A stretch of 64,000 bases of DNA from Candidatus Fervidifonticultor sextus (GTDB lineage: Bacteria; Sysuimicrobiota; Sysuimicrobiia; Sysuimicrobiales; Humicultoraceae), in the NCBI GenBank assembly GCA_031459875.1, contig JAVKHQ010000008.1, forward strand, positions 34,354 to 98,353, read 5' to 3'. The notes under the pieces are model-generated. The model was not told the origin of the DNA. It did no database searches and saw only the letters and a program-made list of their open reading frames with translations. Positions 28,764-38,366 of the stretch are shown one piece after another (the stretch's first letter is position 1; every line of letters begins with the position of its first letter). Made by a program: the position numbers and the translations under genes.

Positions 28764-29993
28764 ATGGGGATGGCCAGCGCCTGGCGTGAGCCGTCCGGAG
28801 ACGAGCGCGCCGGGTTCGGCCGATGGAAGCGCCCACCTTCGCCCTACGATGTCTTTATGGAGGCCGAAGGCGTCCCGATCTACCGTGGCATCGGGGTGCG
28901 TCGGGTGCAGGACCTTCCGCTGGGCCCCTGGCGGCGGATGGGCGGGCGGGGGACGTTCATCCAGTTGTACGGGACCGAAGGCCTCTGGGGGGCCTACGTG
29001 GTCGAGATCCCTCCGGCCGGGGCGCTGGCAGTGGAGCGCCACCTCTACGAAGAGGTCGTCTTCGTCGTGGAGGGACGGGGTGCCGCCGAGGTGTGGGCGC
29101 GAGACGGCGCCGGATCCGAGATCGTCGAGTGGCAGCCCGGGTCGCTGTTCACCATTCCGCTGAACACGTACCACCGGCTGATCAACGCCATGTCCTCCGG
29201 ACCGGCGCTCCTCCTGGTGGGCACCACGGCGCCGACGGTGCTGAACCTCTTTGGGGATGCCGGGTTCGTCTTCAACTGCCCGTATAGCTTCCTCGACCGG
29301 TACGATGGGGCGGAGGGCTACTTCAAGGCCCATCTCCAGGACATCGAACCGGACCCGCACCGGGGGCTCGCCATGGTGCGGACGAACATCGTCCCCAACG
29401 CCATCACCTGTCCGCTGCCGCTGGACAACCGCCGCTCGCCGGGCTTCCGGCGCCTGGAGCCCCACCTGGATCGAAATGTCTTCTACCTCTGGATCGGCCA
29501 GCACGAGCCGGGCCGGTATTCGAAAGCGCACGCCCACGAGTCGGCGGCGGTCCTGATCTGCCTGGCGGGCAAGGGGTACACCTACGCCTGGCCCCGCGAG
29601 GTGGGCACCCGGCCCTGGGAGAGCGGGCAGTCCCACCGGGTCGTGCGCCAGGACTACGAGCCCGTGGGCATGGTGAGCGCGGCCCCGATGGGCGGCCAGT
29701 GGTTCCATCAGCACTTCGGGATCGGTCCCGGGCCGCTGCGGTTGATGGCCTGGTTCGGACCCTTCGGTCGGGGGACCGGCCGCGAACCCGGCCGGCCGGG
29801 GGAAGAGGTCCTGGACAGGAACGCCCTGCACCTGGAGGAAGGCGGCAACGCGATTCCCTACTGGGACGAGGATCCGCACATCCGGCGGGAGTGGGAGGCG
29901 GCGCTGCGCGCCGAGGGAACCTCCAGCCGCATGGAGGAGGCATTCTATCGACGGCCGGCGCAGGCGGACGCGGCCGCTGGAGGGAGCGGGTGA
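28764..29993 (+). CDS. Bicupin protein (3), paralogue of bicupin 2
   Basis: ERHLYEE...PLNTYHRLIN and YSKAHAH...WFHQHF. Confidence 0.88.
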   Translation: MGMASAWREPSGDERAGFGRWKRPPSPYDVFMEAEGVPIYRGIGVRRVQDLPLGPWRRMGGRGTFIQLYGTEGLWGAYVVEIPPAGALAVERHLYEEVVFVVEGRGAAEVWARDGAGSEIVEWQPGSLFTIPLNTYHRLINAMSSGPALLLVGTTAPTVLNLFGDAGFVFNCPYSFLDRYDGAEGYFKAHLQDIEPDPHRGLAMVRTNIVPNAITCPLPLDNRRSPGFRRLEPHLDRNVFYLWIGQHEPGRYSKAHAHESAAVLICLAGKGYTYAWPREVGTRPWESGQSHRVVRQDYEPVGMVSAAPMGGQWFHQHFGIGPGPLRLMAWFGPFGRGTGREPGRPGEEVLDRNALHLEEGGNAIPYWDEDPHIRREWEAALRAEGTSSRMEEAFYRRPAQADAAAGGSG

Positions 29994-30727
29994 TGGCCTC
30001 CGGGGATGACGATCTCCGGCAGCAGGTGGCCACCGCCTCGCAGGTGCTGGCCATGGAGGACCACGGCGACCTGGTGTGGGGCCATGTCTCGGTGCGCGAC
30101 CCCCAGGGCCGGGGCGTGTGGATGAAGGCGGCCACCTGGGGGTTCGAGGAGGTCACGCCTGCGCGGGTCCTCCTGGTGGGGTGGGGAGGAGAGGTGCTGG
30201 CCGGCGAGGGCCGGCGCCACGCCGAGTGGCCCATTCACACGGAGATCATGCGGTCGCGTCCGGACGTGCACAGCGTCGTCCACACCCATGCGCCGCACGC
30301 CGTCGCCTTCGCGGCCCTGGCGCAGCCGCTGCGGCCGATCTCCCACGAAGGCACGCTGTTTGTGCCTCCCGACATCGCGCGGTTTACCAAGACCGGTGAT
30401 CTCATCCTCACGCGGGATCTGGGCCAGGCCCTCGCCGCCGCCCTAGGCGGCCGCAACGCGGCGCTGATGGTGCACCACGGGATCGTGACCGCGGGAACCG
30501 ACGTGGAGACGGCCGTCGTGGGCGCGATCCTGCTGGAGCGGGCCTGCCGGAAGCAGTTGCTGGCCATGGCCGCCGGCGCACTGCAGAGCTGGTCCAGCGA
30601 TGAAGAGGCGCTGGCCAAGCGGGCGCACTGCTATGCGCCCGATCTGGTCCGCCAGGCGTGGGCCTACCTGGTGCGGCGTGTCGCGGCGCGGCCTCAGGCC
30701 CTCCAGGAGGGCCGAGGCCGCCTGTAG
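29993..30727 (+). CDS. Class II aldolase/adducin family protein
   Basis: GHVSVR, EWPIH, VVHTHAP, HHG zinc ligands. Confidence 0.92.
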   Translation: MASGDDDLRQQVATASQVLAMEDHGDLVWGHVSVRDPQGRGVWMKAATWGFEEVTPARVLLVGWGGEVLAGEGRRHAEWPIHTEIMRSRPDVHSVVHTHAPHAVAFAALAQPLRPISHEGTLFVPPDIARFTKTGDLILTRDLGQALAAALGGRNAALMVHHGIVTAGTDVETAVVGAILLERACRKQLLAMAAGALQSWSSDEEALAKRAHCYAPDLVRQAWAYLVRRVAARPQALQEGRGRL

Positions 30728-30772
30728 AAGAATGTGGCCTCGCGACACGATGACAGATCCCGAGGGTCCGTG

Positions 30773-31153
30773 ATGGAGTCGCGGTACGAGGTGGGGAGGA
30801 AGATCCGCACCGAAGTGCTCGGCGCGGACCACGTGGCCCGGGCCGACGCCCAGCAGACCGACCTCGACGCCGACTTCCAGCGGTTCATCACCGAGGTGGC
30901 CTGGGGAACGGTGTGGGCGCGCCCCGGGCTGGACCGGCGCACCCGCAGCCTGCTGACTATCGCCATCCTGGCCGCCCTCGGACGCGAGGAACTCGCGCTC
31001 CACCTGCGGGCCAGCCGGAACGTGGGGATAGACCCCAGGGAGGTCGCCGAAGCGTTGCTCCACGTCGCGCTCTATGCCGGGGTGCCCGCGGCCAACCAGG
31101 CCTTCGCCATGGCCAAGGCCGAGTTGGGCGGTCGGGGGGACGAGAGACCGTGA
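30773..31153 (+). CDS. pcaC: 4-carboxymuconolactone decarboxylase
   Basis: RTEVLG, AWGTVWARPGLDRRTRS, ELALH, YAGVPAANQAF. Confidence 0.92.
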   Translation: MESRYEVGRKIRTEVLGADHVARADAQQTDLDADFQRFITEVAWGTVWARPGLDRRTRSLLTIAILAALGREELALHLRASRNVGIDPREVAEALLHVALYAGVPAANQAFAMAKAELGGRGDERP

Positions 31154-31872
31154 CCGGCCTGACGCGTCGAGAGGCTGAGACATACCCCCCGTACTACTAC
31201 GAGGCGTACCGGGCGACGGTCAAGCGGTCGCCGCGCCAGCCATTGATCCCGCTCCCGGCCACGCTCTCGGAGCTCACCGGCCCGGGGCCGGCCGTCAGCG
31301 CGTTGAGCGCCGAGGACGCGGACCTCACCCGCAACATGGGCACCGGCGGCGAGGCCATCGGGGAGCGGATCATCGTGACCGGCCGCGTCCTCGACGAGCG
31401 GGGGGAGCCCGTGGCCGGCACGCTGGTCGAGGTCTGGCAGGCGAACGCGGCCGGCCGCTACCGTCACACGGTGGATCAGCACCACGCCCCGCTGGACCCC
31501 AACTTCCTGGGATGGGGCCGCTGCCTCACCGACGCCGACGGCGTCTACCGGTTCCTCTCGATCCGTCCCGGCGCGTATCCCTGGGAGAACCATCCCAACG
31601 CCTGGCGGCCGCCCCACATCCACTTCTCCCTGTTGGGCCCGTCGTGGGGCTCCCGCCTGGTGACGCAGATGTTCTTCCCGGGCGACCCGCTCCACGCGCT
31701 GGACCCGATCCTCAACTCGGTGCCCGAGGCGGCGCGAGAGCGCCTGGTAGCGCGCTACGCGCACGACGTCACCCAGCCCGGGTTCGCGCTGGGCTACCGG
31801 TTCGACATCGTCCTCCGGGGGCCGCACGCCGTGCCGTTCGAGCCCTTCGGAGACCCCGACCCAGCGCCATGA
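31150..31872 (+). CDS. pcaH: Protocatechuate 3,4-dioxygenase beta subunit
   Basis: SELTGP, WQANAAGRYRH, PGAYPW, WRPPHIHFS (Tyr/Tyr/His/His Fe ligands). Confidence 0.96.
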   Translation: MTGLTRREAETYPPYYYEAYRATVKRSPRQPLIPLPATLSELTGPGPAVSALSAEDADLTRNMGTGGEAIGERIIVTGRVLDERGEPVAGTLVEVWQANAAGRYRHTVDQHHAPLDPNFLGWGRCLTDADGVYRFLSIRPGAYPWENHPNAWRPPHIHFSLLGPSWGSRLVTQMFFPGDPLHALDPILNSVPEAARERLVARYAHDVTQPGFALGYRFDIVLRGPHAVPFEPFGDPDPAP

Positions 31873-32444
31873 GTCGGATGCGCCTGACCCCCTCGCAGAC
31901 CATCGGGCCCTTCTTTCACGGCGGCCTCCTGCAGGGGGGAGGCAACGTCCTGGTGGGCGCCCAGACGCAGGGTGAGCGCATCCGGATCGAAGGGACCGTC
32001 TATGACGGCGACCGCGTGCCGGTGACGGACGCCCTGGTGGAGATCTGGCAGGCCAACGCCGCCGGCCGCTACCGCCATCCGCTGGACGAACGGCCGGTTC
32101 CCCTGGACCCCGCCTTCGTCGGCTTCGGCCGGTCGGGGACCGAGGAGGGGGGCACCTTCTGGTTCGAGACGGTGAAGCCCGGCCCGGTCCCGTTCCGCGG
32201 GGAGACCGTCCAGGCGCCGCACATCAACCTGGCGGTCTTTGCCCGCGGCATGCTCGACCATCTCTTCACGCGCCTGTACTTCGAAGATGATCCGACCACC
32301 GCCGCCGACCCGGTGCTGCGACTCGTGCCGGAGCACCGCCGGGCGACCCTGCTGGCCAGGCGGTTCCCCACCGAAGGGAAGGTCGTCTACCGGTTCGACA
32401 TCGTCCTCCAGGGCGACGGCGAGACGGTCTTCTTCGAGCCTTGA
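31869..32444 (+). CDS. pcaG: Protocatechuate 3,4-dioxygenase alpha subunit
   Basis: TPSQTIGPFF, QAPHI, FARG, QGDGETVFF. Confidence 0.96.
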   Translation: MSRMRLTPSQTIGPFFHGGLLQGGGNVLVGAQTQGERIRIEGTVYDGDRVPVTDALVEIWQANAAGRYRHPLDERPVPLDPAFVGFGRSGTEEGGTFWFETVKPGPVPFRGETVQAPHINLAVFARGMLDHLFTRLYFEDDPTTAADPVLRLVPEHRRATLLARRFPTEGKVVYRFDIVLQGDGETVFFEP

Positions 32445-33307
32445 AGGCCGCCGAGCGCATCCGACGACAGGCCCGTTTGCTCTCCCTCTCGGAAGCCGTC
32501 GCGGAGTATGTTCGGGACGGCGATGTCGTCGCCATGGAGGGGTTCACCCACCTGATTCCCTTTGCCGCCGGCCACGAGGTCATCCGGCAGGGGAAGCGGG
32601 ACCTGACGCTGGTGCGGATGACGCCCGACCTGATCTACGACCAGCTCATCGGGATGGGCTGCGCCCGGAAACTTATCTTCTCGTGGGGCGGGAATCCCGG
32701 CGTGGGCTCGCTCCACCGGTTCCGGGATGCGGTCGAGCACGGCTGGCCCCGTCCCCTCGACCTGGAAGAACACAGCCACGCCGGCATGGCCCAGGCCTAC
32801 GCCGCCGGCGCGGCCGGGCTCCCCTGCGCCATCCTCCGGGGATACCAGGGGACCGACCTCGCGCGGGTCAATCCCAACGTCCGGTTCATCGACTGCCCCT
32901 TCACCGGCGAGCGGCTCGCCGCGATCCCGGCCCTGCGGCCCGATGTGGCCGTCATTCACGCCCAGCGGGCGGACCGGCGCGGCAACGTCCTCATCGAAGG
33001 CATCGTCGGCGTGCAGAAAGAGGTGGTCCTGGCGGCCGCCCGGGCGGTCGTCACCGTGGAAGAGGTCGTCGACGACCTGCGTGCGTCCGGTCCCAACGCC
33101 GTGGTGCTCCCGTCGTGGACGGTCGACGCCATCGTGGAAGCACCGGGAGGCGCCCGGCCGTCGTACGCCCACGGCTACTACGGCCGCGACAACGCGTTCT
33201 ACACAGCCTGGGACGGGATCTCGCGCGACCGCGAGGCCTTCCTGGCCTGGATGCGCGAGCACGTGCTCCGATCCGGCGGCGGGGTCCGCGTCCCGGGGAG
33301 CGCCTAG
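32441..33307 (+). CDS. pcaI: CoA-transferase subunit A (GctA/CatI type; probable 3-oxoadipate CoA-transferase)
   Basis: MEGFTHLIP, RMTPDLIYDQLIG, SWGGNPGVGSLHR; inside the pca operon. Confidence 0.85.
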   Translation: MKAAERIRRQARLLSLSEAVAEYVRDGDVVAMEGFTHLIPFAAGHEVIRQGKRDLTLVRMTPDLIYDQLIGMGCARKLIFSWGGNPGVGSLHRFRDAVEHGWPRPLDLEEHSHAGMAQAYAAGAAGLPCAILRGYQGTDLARVNPNVRFIDCPFTGERLAAIPALRPDVAVIHAQRADRRGNVLIEGIVGVQKEVVLAAARAVVTVEEVVDDLRASGPNAVVLPSWTVDAIVEAPGGARPSYAHGYYGRDNAFYTAWDGISRDREAFLAWMREHVLRSGGGVRVPGSA

Positions 33308-33308
33308 C

Positions 33309-34088
33309 ATGGGCGCGGTCGCGGACTGCTCCCCGTCGGAGATGATGATCGTGGCGGCGGCCCGCGCCCTCTCCAACGATGATGTGTGCTTTGTCGGCAT
33401 CGGGCTGCCGTCGGCGGCGTGCAACCTGGCCCGGTTGACCCACGCCCCGGAGGTCACGCTCATCTACGAGTCGGGGACGATCGAGACCAGGCCCCATGTG
33501 CTGCCGTTGTCCATCGGCGACCCCGAACTCTGCCAGACCGCGCTGACGACGGTGCCGGTCCCGGAGATGTTCGCCTACTGGCTGCAGGGTGGCCGGATCA
33601 CCGTCGGCTTCCTCGCCGCAGCGCAGATCGACCGGTTCGGCAACATCAACACGACGGTGATCGGCTCCTACGGACGGCCGACGGTCCGGCTGCCCGGAGC
33701 GGGGGGCGCGCCCGAGATCGCCAGCCACTGCCGCCAGGTGTTCGTGATCGTCTCGCAGACCCCGCGCACGTTCGTCCCGCAGGTGGACTTCATCACCTCG
33801 TTCGGTCACGGGACCGGAGGCGACCACCGGCAGCGCCTGGGCATCCGCACGGCGGGACCCACCCTGGTGGTGACCGACCTGGCCGTGCTGCGCCCTGATC
33901 CCGAGACCAGGGAACTCGTCGTGACCTCGTTGCACCCGGGCGTGCGGCGCGAGGAGGTCGCGGCGCAGACCGGATGGCCAGTCCGGTTCGCCCCGACTGT
34001 GGAAGAGACCCCGCCGCCGTCGGCGCACGAGCTGGCGGTGCTGCGCGACCTGGTGGCGCGGTCGACTCCCGCCGCGGCTCCGTCGTGA
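33309..34088 (+). CDS. pcaJ: CoA-transferase subunit B (GctB/CatJ type)
   Basis: FVGIGLPS, LIYESG, LPLSIGD, RLPGAGGAPEIA. Confidence 0.85.
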   Translation: MGAVADCSPSEMMIVAAARALSNDDVCFVGIGLPSAACNLARLTHAPEVTLIYESGTIETRPHVLPLSIGDPELCQTALTTVPVPEMFAYWLQGGRITVGFLAAAQIDRFGNINTTVIGSYGRPTVRLPGAGGAPEIASHCRQVFVIVSQTPRTFVPQVDFITSFGHGTGGDHRQRLGIRTAGPTLVVTDLAVLRPDPETRELVVTSLHPGVRREEVAAQTGWPVRFAPTVEETPPPSAHELAVLRDLVARSTPAAAPS

Positions 34089-35437
34089 CCGATCTCGCGG
34101 CGGCCATGTTCACGTCGCCGGAGATGGCGGCGGTCTTCTCCGGTCCGTCGTTGGTCCAGAAGATGCTCGACTTCGAGGCGGCCCTGGCGCGCGCACAGGC
34201 CGCGGCCGGCCTCGTCCCGCAGGCCGCCGCCGAGGCCATCGCGGCCGCCTGCCGCGCCGACCGCTTCGATGTCCCCTCCCTGTATCGGGACGCGGCGGCC
34301 GCCGGCACGCTGGTCGTCCCCCTCGTCCGTGCGCTCACCGGGCTGGTCGGGGGCGACGCCCGCCGGTGCGTGCACTGGGGCGCCACCAGCCAGGACGTGA
34401 TGGACAGCGCGATGGTCCTCCAGATGCGAGACGGGCTCGACCTCCTGGAGCGCCGCCTGCTCGAGGTCGCAGGGCGCTGTGCCGACCTCGCCGAGCGCCA
34501 TCGCCGCACACCGATGGCCGGCCGCACCCTGCTGCAGCACGCGGTGCCCATCACCTTTGGCCTGAAGGCCGCCCGATGGCTGGCGATGACGACGCGGCTC
34601 GTCGGGCGAATGCGGGAGGTCCGGGCGCGCGTCCTGGCGGTGCAGTTAGGTGGAGCGGCGGGGACGCTGGCCTCACTGGGGAGCCAGGGGGTCCGCGTCA
34701 TGGAACTGCTGGCGCGTGAACTCGACCTCGCCGTCCCCGACCTCCCCTGGCATGCGGAGCGGGACAGGCTGGGGGAGATCGCGGGGCTGTTGGGCCTCGT
34801 CGCCTCCGCCATGGCGAAGGTGGCGACCGACATCGCGCTGCTGTGCCAGACGGAGGTCGGCGAAGTCTCCACCGGGGCTCAGGCCGCCTCGGGGCGCTCC
34901 TCGACCATGCCCCAGAAGCGCAATCCCGTCGAGGCCGTGGCGGCGGTGGCCTGCGCCCGCCTGGCGATCGGACTCGTCTCCGTGCTCCTGGCGGCCGGCG
35001 TGCAGGAGCACGAGCGGGCCGCCGGCGGCTGGCAGGCCGAGTGGGAGGCCGTCCCCGCCCTCTTCCAGCGGACCGCCGCGGCGGCGGAGTGGGTCTGGCG
35101 GGCCCTCGGAGGCCTTCGGATCGACCCGGAGCGGATGCGCGTCAATCTGGATCAGGCGCACGGGCTCATCATGGCCGAGGCGCTCACGACGGCCCTGATC
35201 CCGTCCGTCGGCCGGGATGAGGCCTACCAGATCGTCCAGCGGCTCTGCGACCGGGCCGTGGGTTCTGGCGCGGCGCTCCGGGACGTCGCCGGATCGGACC
35301 CGCAGATCCGCGCGATCCTGTCGCCTCAAGCGATCGAGCAGGCCCTCGATGTCGCCGGATACCTGGGAAGTGCCGAGGCCTTCGTCGACCGGGCCCTGGA
35401 CGGATTCCGCCGGTTGCAGGGCCAGCGCGGGGCATGA
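34085..35437 (+). CDS. pcaB: 3-carboxy-cis,cis-muconate cycloisomerase
   Basis: VHWGATSQDVMD, GRTLLQHA, SSTMPQKRNP, HERAAGGWQAEW. Confidence 0.93.
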   Translation: MTDLAAAMFTSPEMAAVFSGPSLVQKMLDFEAALARAQAAAGLVPQAAAEAIAAACRADRFDVPSLYRDAAAAGTLVVPLVRALTGLVGGDARRCVHWGATSQDVMDSAMVLQMRDGLDLLERRLLEVAGRCADLAERHRRTPMAGRTLLQHAVPITFGLKAARWLAMTTRLVGRMREVRARVLAVQLGGAAGTLASLGSQGVRVMELLARELDLAVPDLPWHAERDRLGEIAGLLGLVASAMAKVATDIALLCQTEVGEVSTGAQAASGRSSTMPQKRNPVEAVAAVACARLAIGLVSVLLAAGVQEHERAAGGWQAEWEAVPALFQRTAAAAEWVWRALGGLRIDPERMRVNLDQAHGLIMAEALTTALIPSVGRDEAYQIVQRLCDRAVGSGAALRDVAGSDPQIRAILSPQAIEQALDVAGYLGSAEAFVDRALDGFRRLQGQRGA

Positions 35438-35507
35438 GTGGCCAGAAGGGTGCGCAGGGATTTGCGTCACCGGCGAGCACGCCGGCACGTCCGTGCATGC
35501 GTCGCCT

Positions 35508-36005
35508 TCACGCGCGGCGCCCTACCGCCTTCGGCTCCCACGTCCGGTCGCGGTCGATGAGGTGGACGACCCGCCACCCACGTTCGGCCAGGGCGCGGGC
35601 GACAAACCGGCGGTGGCAGCGCCAGGGGAAGCGCTCGCTGCACAGGATCACGCCGCGGTGGGCCTGCAACAGGGCCTCGGCCTCCTCCAGGCCCCGATGG
35701 AACAGCGGCGTCGCCATGTGTGCCTCATAGCCGCCTGTCCGGTACCCGCCCAGCGTCTGCCCCATCCAGACGTACTGGATGCCCCGCGCCCGCAGCGCGG
35801 CCTCCAGCGGTGCCCGCGCAAAGTGCGGGAAGCGCGTGCTGGTGGGGAACCGTCGCGTGTCCAGGCAGAGATCGATGCCGCGGGCGGCTAGAAGCGCGAC
35901 GAACTCATCGAGGGACCGCGTACTGGTCCCGACCGTGCAGACAACCGGGGGGTCACCCTCCGGTGCCTGCGGGCGGCGGTCAGCCGATGCCGAGCAGCCG
36001 GGCAT
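35508..36005 (-). CDS. DUF488 family protein
   Basis: TVGTSTRS, DTRRFPTS, LGGYR, CSERFPWRCHR. Start uncertain. Confidence 0.85.
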   Translation of the reverse strand: MPGCSASADRRPQAPEGDPPVVCTVGTSTRSLDEFVALLAARGIDLCLDTRRFPTSTRFPHFARAPLEAALRARGIQYVWMGQTLGGYRTGGYEAHMATPLFHRGLEEAEALLQAHRGVILCSERFPWRCHRRFVARALAERGWRVVHLIDRDRTWEPKAVGRRA

Positions 36006-36549
36006 CCACCCGGTCCCCGGTGATCTCGATCAACGCCCCGCCGGTCTTCCCATCGCCCATCGTACAGTTGACCACCAGCGTGCCGCCGACGCGCTCGATG
36101 CCCGGCGACTCGTGGATGTGGCCGCAGGTCAGCACGCGGGGGCGCAGGCGCATCAGCAACTCCAGGACCCGGCGCGACCCGGCATGCTTCCCCATGGACA
36201 CCCGGTCCAGCGTGCCCTGGGGCGGTTCGTGCGTCACCAGAACATCGCACGACTCGGTGGCCGCAGGACCGCCGAACGAGATGCCCTGGAGCACCAGCGG
36301 CTTCGGTCCCGCCAGTCCCCCGTGGCGCCGGATCGCATCGAGCGCCAGGGAACCGTCCATGTTGCCGGGGATCGCCAGCACCGGGATGGGCAGGGTGCGC
36401 AACAGGTCCAGGGCGTCTGCACCCTGGTCCACGTGGGTCAGGTCGCCGGGGAGGAGCAGGACGTCGGGCGCGTGTTCGGCCACCAGCGCCCGCACGCGGG
36501 CGATGCGCTCGGGCTTCCCGTGCAGGTCGGCGCAGGCCAGGATGCGCAT
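35980..36549 (-). CDS. Metallophosphoesterase (calcineurin-like)
   Basis: DLHG, GDLT, GNMD, THEPP, GHIHE. Confidence 0.92.
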   Translation of the reverse strand: MRILACADLHGKPERIARVRALVAEHAPDVLLLPGDLTHVDQGADALDLLRTLPIPVLAIPGNMDGSLALDAIRRHGGLAGPKPLVLQGISFGGPAATESCDVLVTHEPPQGTLDRVSMGKHAGSRRVLELLMRLRPRVLTCGHIHESPGIERVGGTLVVNCTMGDGKTGGALIEITGDRVDARLLGIG

Positions 36550-36658
36550 GTGATCGTCACCGCCTCCCATGATACCAGGGTGCCGTCTGCCGGGGTGCCG
36601 CAGGCCGGACCGCGGGCAGGCGCGCCATGCCGAAGCAGGGCGTTAGAATGGATTCACG

Positions 36659-38239
36659 GTGACCCTTGCAGAGTTTGCCGCCCTCTGCGCCGACCTGACG
36701 GCGACCCGGAGCCGCCTGACCAAGACGGCACTGACCGCCGAGTTCCTGCGCCGGCTGGAGCCGGACGAAATCCCTCATGCGGTGGCATTCCTGACCGGGC
36801 GGCCGTTTCCCGCGTCCGACCCGCGGGTGCTCGAGGTGAGCTGGGCGACGCTGGCGGAGGTGGCCGAGGCCGTCGGGTCGCCTCCACAGACCCCCGCCCT
36901 CTTTCTGCGCGATGTCGTCCGCGGGTTCGAGGCGGTCGCCGAAGCCTCGGGCCCGGGGTCGAAGCGGGCCAAGGTCGAGCGCCTGCGCGACCTCTTCGGC
37001 CGGGCCACCGAAGCCGAGCAGCGCATCCTCCGACAGATCCTGCTGGGCGAGATGCGCATCGGGCTGCACGACGGGCTGATCCAGGAGGCCGTCGCCCGGG
37101 CTGCCGGCGCCGATCCGGCCCTGGTCCGGCGCGCGGCGCACTACCGCTCCGACCTCTCCGAGGTGGCGCGCATCGCGCTGACTGCGGGGGCCGACGGCCT
37201 GCGGCAGGTCGGCGTGCGCCTGTTCGTCCCGCTGCTGCCCATGCTGGCGGAACTGGCGTCGGACTTCACCGACGTGTTCCAGGCCCACGGCCGCCGCACG
37301 GCGCTGGAGGTCAAGTACGACGGCGCGCGGATTCAACTGCACAAGCAGGGCGAGCAGGTGAGGATCTGGAGCCGGCGGCTCACCGAGGTGACGGCCAGCC
37401 TGCCCGAGGTTGCCGAGATCGCGCGGAGGGAGTTGCGGGCCGATCGCCTGATCCTGGACGGCGAGGTGGTGGCGGTCGGGGCGGACGGCCGGCCGCTGCC
37501 CTTCCAGGACCTGATGCGGCGCTTCCGGCGCGTCCACCAGGTGGAGGCCACGGCCCGCGAGATCCCCGTTGTCCTCTATCTCTTCGACTGCCTCCTGGTG
37601 GATGACCGGGCGCTCATCGACGAGCCTTATGAGGCCAGGTGGGCGGCCCTGGAACGCGTCACCGGCGGGCGGTACCTCGCCCGGAGGGTTGTGACGGGCG
37701 ACGCCGCAGAGGCGGAGGCCTTCCTGGCCGAGTCGCTGGCATCCGGCCACGAGGGGGTCATGGCCAAGGCGCCGGACAGCCCCTACACGCCGGGCAGCCG
37801 CGGCAAGCGGTGGTTCAAGGTGAAGCCCGCGGAGACGGTGGACTGCGTGATCGTCGCGGCCGACTGGGGCTCGGGCCGGCGGCGCGGGTGGCTGTCCAAC
37901 TACCATCTGGCGGTCGCTGACGGCGCCGGGGGCTTCGCACCGGTCGGGAAGACCTTCAAAGGGCTGACCGACGACGAGTTCCGGACGATGACGGTCAGGC
38001 TCCAGGCCCTCAAGGTCGGTGACGATGGCTCTACCGTGACGGTCCGTCCGCAGCTCGTCGTCGAGGTGGCCTACAACGAGATCCAGCGGAGCCCGCAGTA
38101 TCCGTCGGGCTTCGCGCTGCGGTTTGCCCGGATCACGCGGATCCGGGACGACAAAGGCCCGGAGGCCGCCACGACGCTGGCCCACCTGCGGGGGCTGTAC
38201 GAGCGGCAGTTTGCCGCCAAGGGCCGGCTCCATCTCTAG
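36659..38239 (+). CDS. lig: ATP-dependent DNA ligase (LigB/archaeal type with DNA-binding domain)
   Basis: EVKYDG adenylation motif, LDGE, EGVMAK, WFKVK, FALRFARI. Confidence 0.96.
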   Translation: MTLAEFAALCADLTATRSRLTKTALTAEFLRRLEPDEIPHAVAFLTGRPFPASDPRVLEVSWATLAEVAEAVGSPPQTPALFLRDVVRGFEAVAEASGPGSKRAKVERLRDLFGRATEAEQRILRQILLGEMRIGLHDGLIQEAVARAAGADPALVRRAAHYRSDLSEVARIALTAGADGLRQVGVRLFVPLLPMLAELASDFTDVFQAHGRRTALEVKYDGARIQLHKQGEQVRIWSRRLTEVTASLPEVAEIARRELRADRLILDGEVVAVGADGRPLPFQDLMRRFRRVHQVEATAREIPVVLYLFDCLLVDDRALIDEPYEARWAALERVTGGRYLARRVVTGDAAEAEAFLAESLASGHEGVMAKAPDSPYTPGSRGKRWFKVKPAETVDCVIVAADWGSGRRRGWLSNYHLAVADGAGGFAPVGKTFKGLTDDEFRTMTVRLQALKVGDDGSTVTVRPQLVVEVAYNEIQRSPQYPSGFALRFARITRIRDDKGPEAATTLAHLRGLYERQFAAKGRLHL

Positions 38240-38324
38240 CCAGCCTCGGCGACGCGGCCCCGGTGCGACGGGGCTCCTGGGGCGGCGGGGAGGAAAGCGG
38301 CGGTCGGGTGCAGAAACCTGAAAC

Positions 38325-38347
38325 GATGTTCCATTGAATGGAACATC
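38325..38347. promoter_or_regulatory. Perfect palindrome GATGTTCCATT-G-AATGGAACATC, probable IclR operator
   Basis: 11-bp perfect inverted repeat, AT-rich, 19 nt upstream of an operon that encodes an IclR regulator. Confidence 0.7.
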
Positions 38348-38366
38348 AGACGTCCCCGTGCCACCC

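Noticed and set aside
35508..38239. Ligase + phosphoesterase + DUF488 as an NHEJ or repair system
   Set aside because: No Ku, LigD domains or helicase; divergent orientation; no evidence beyond proximity.
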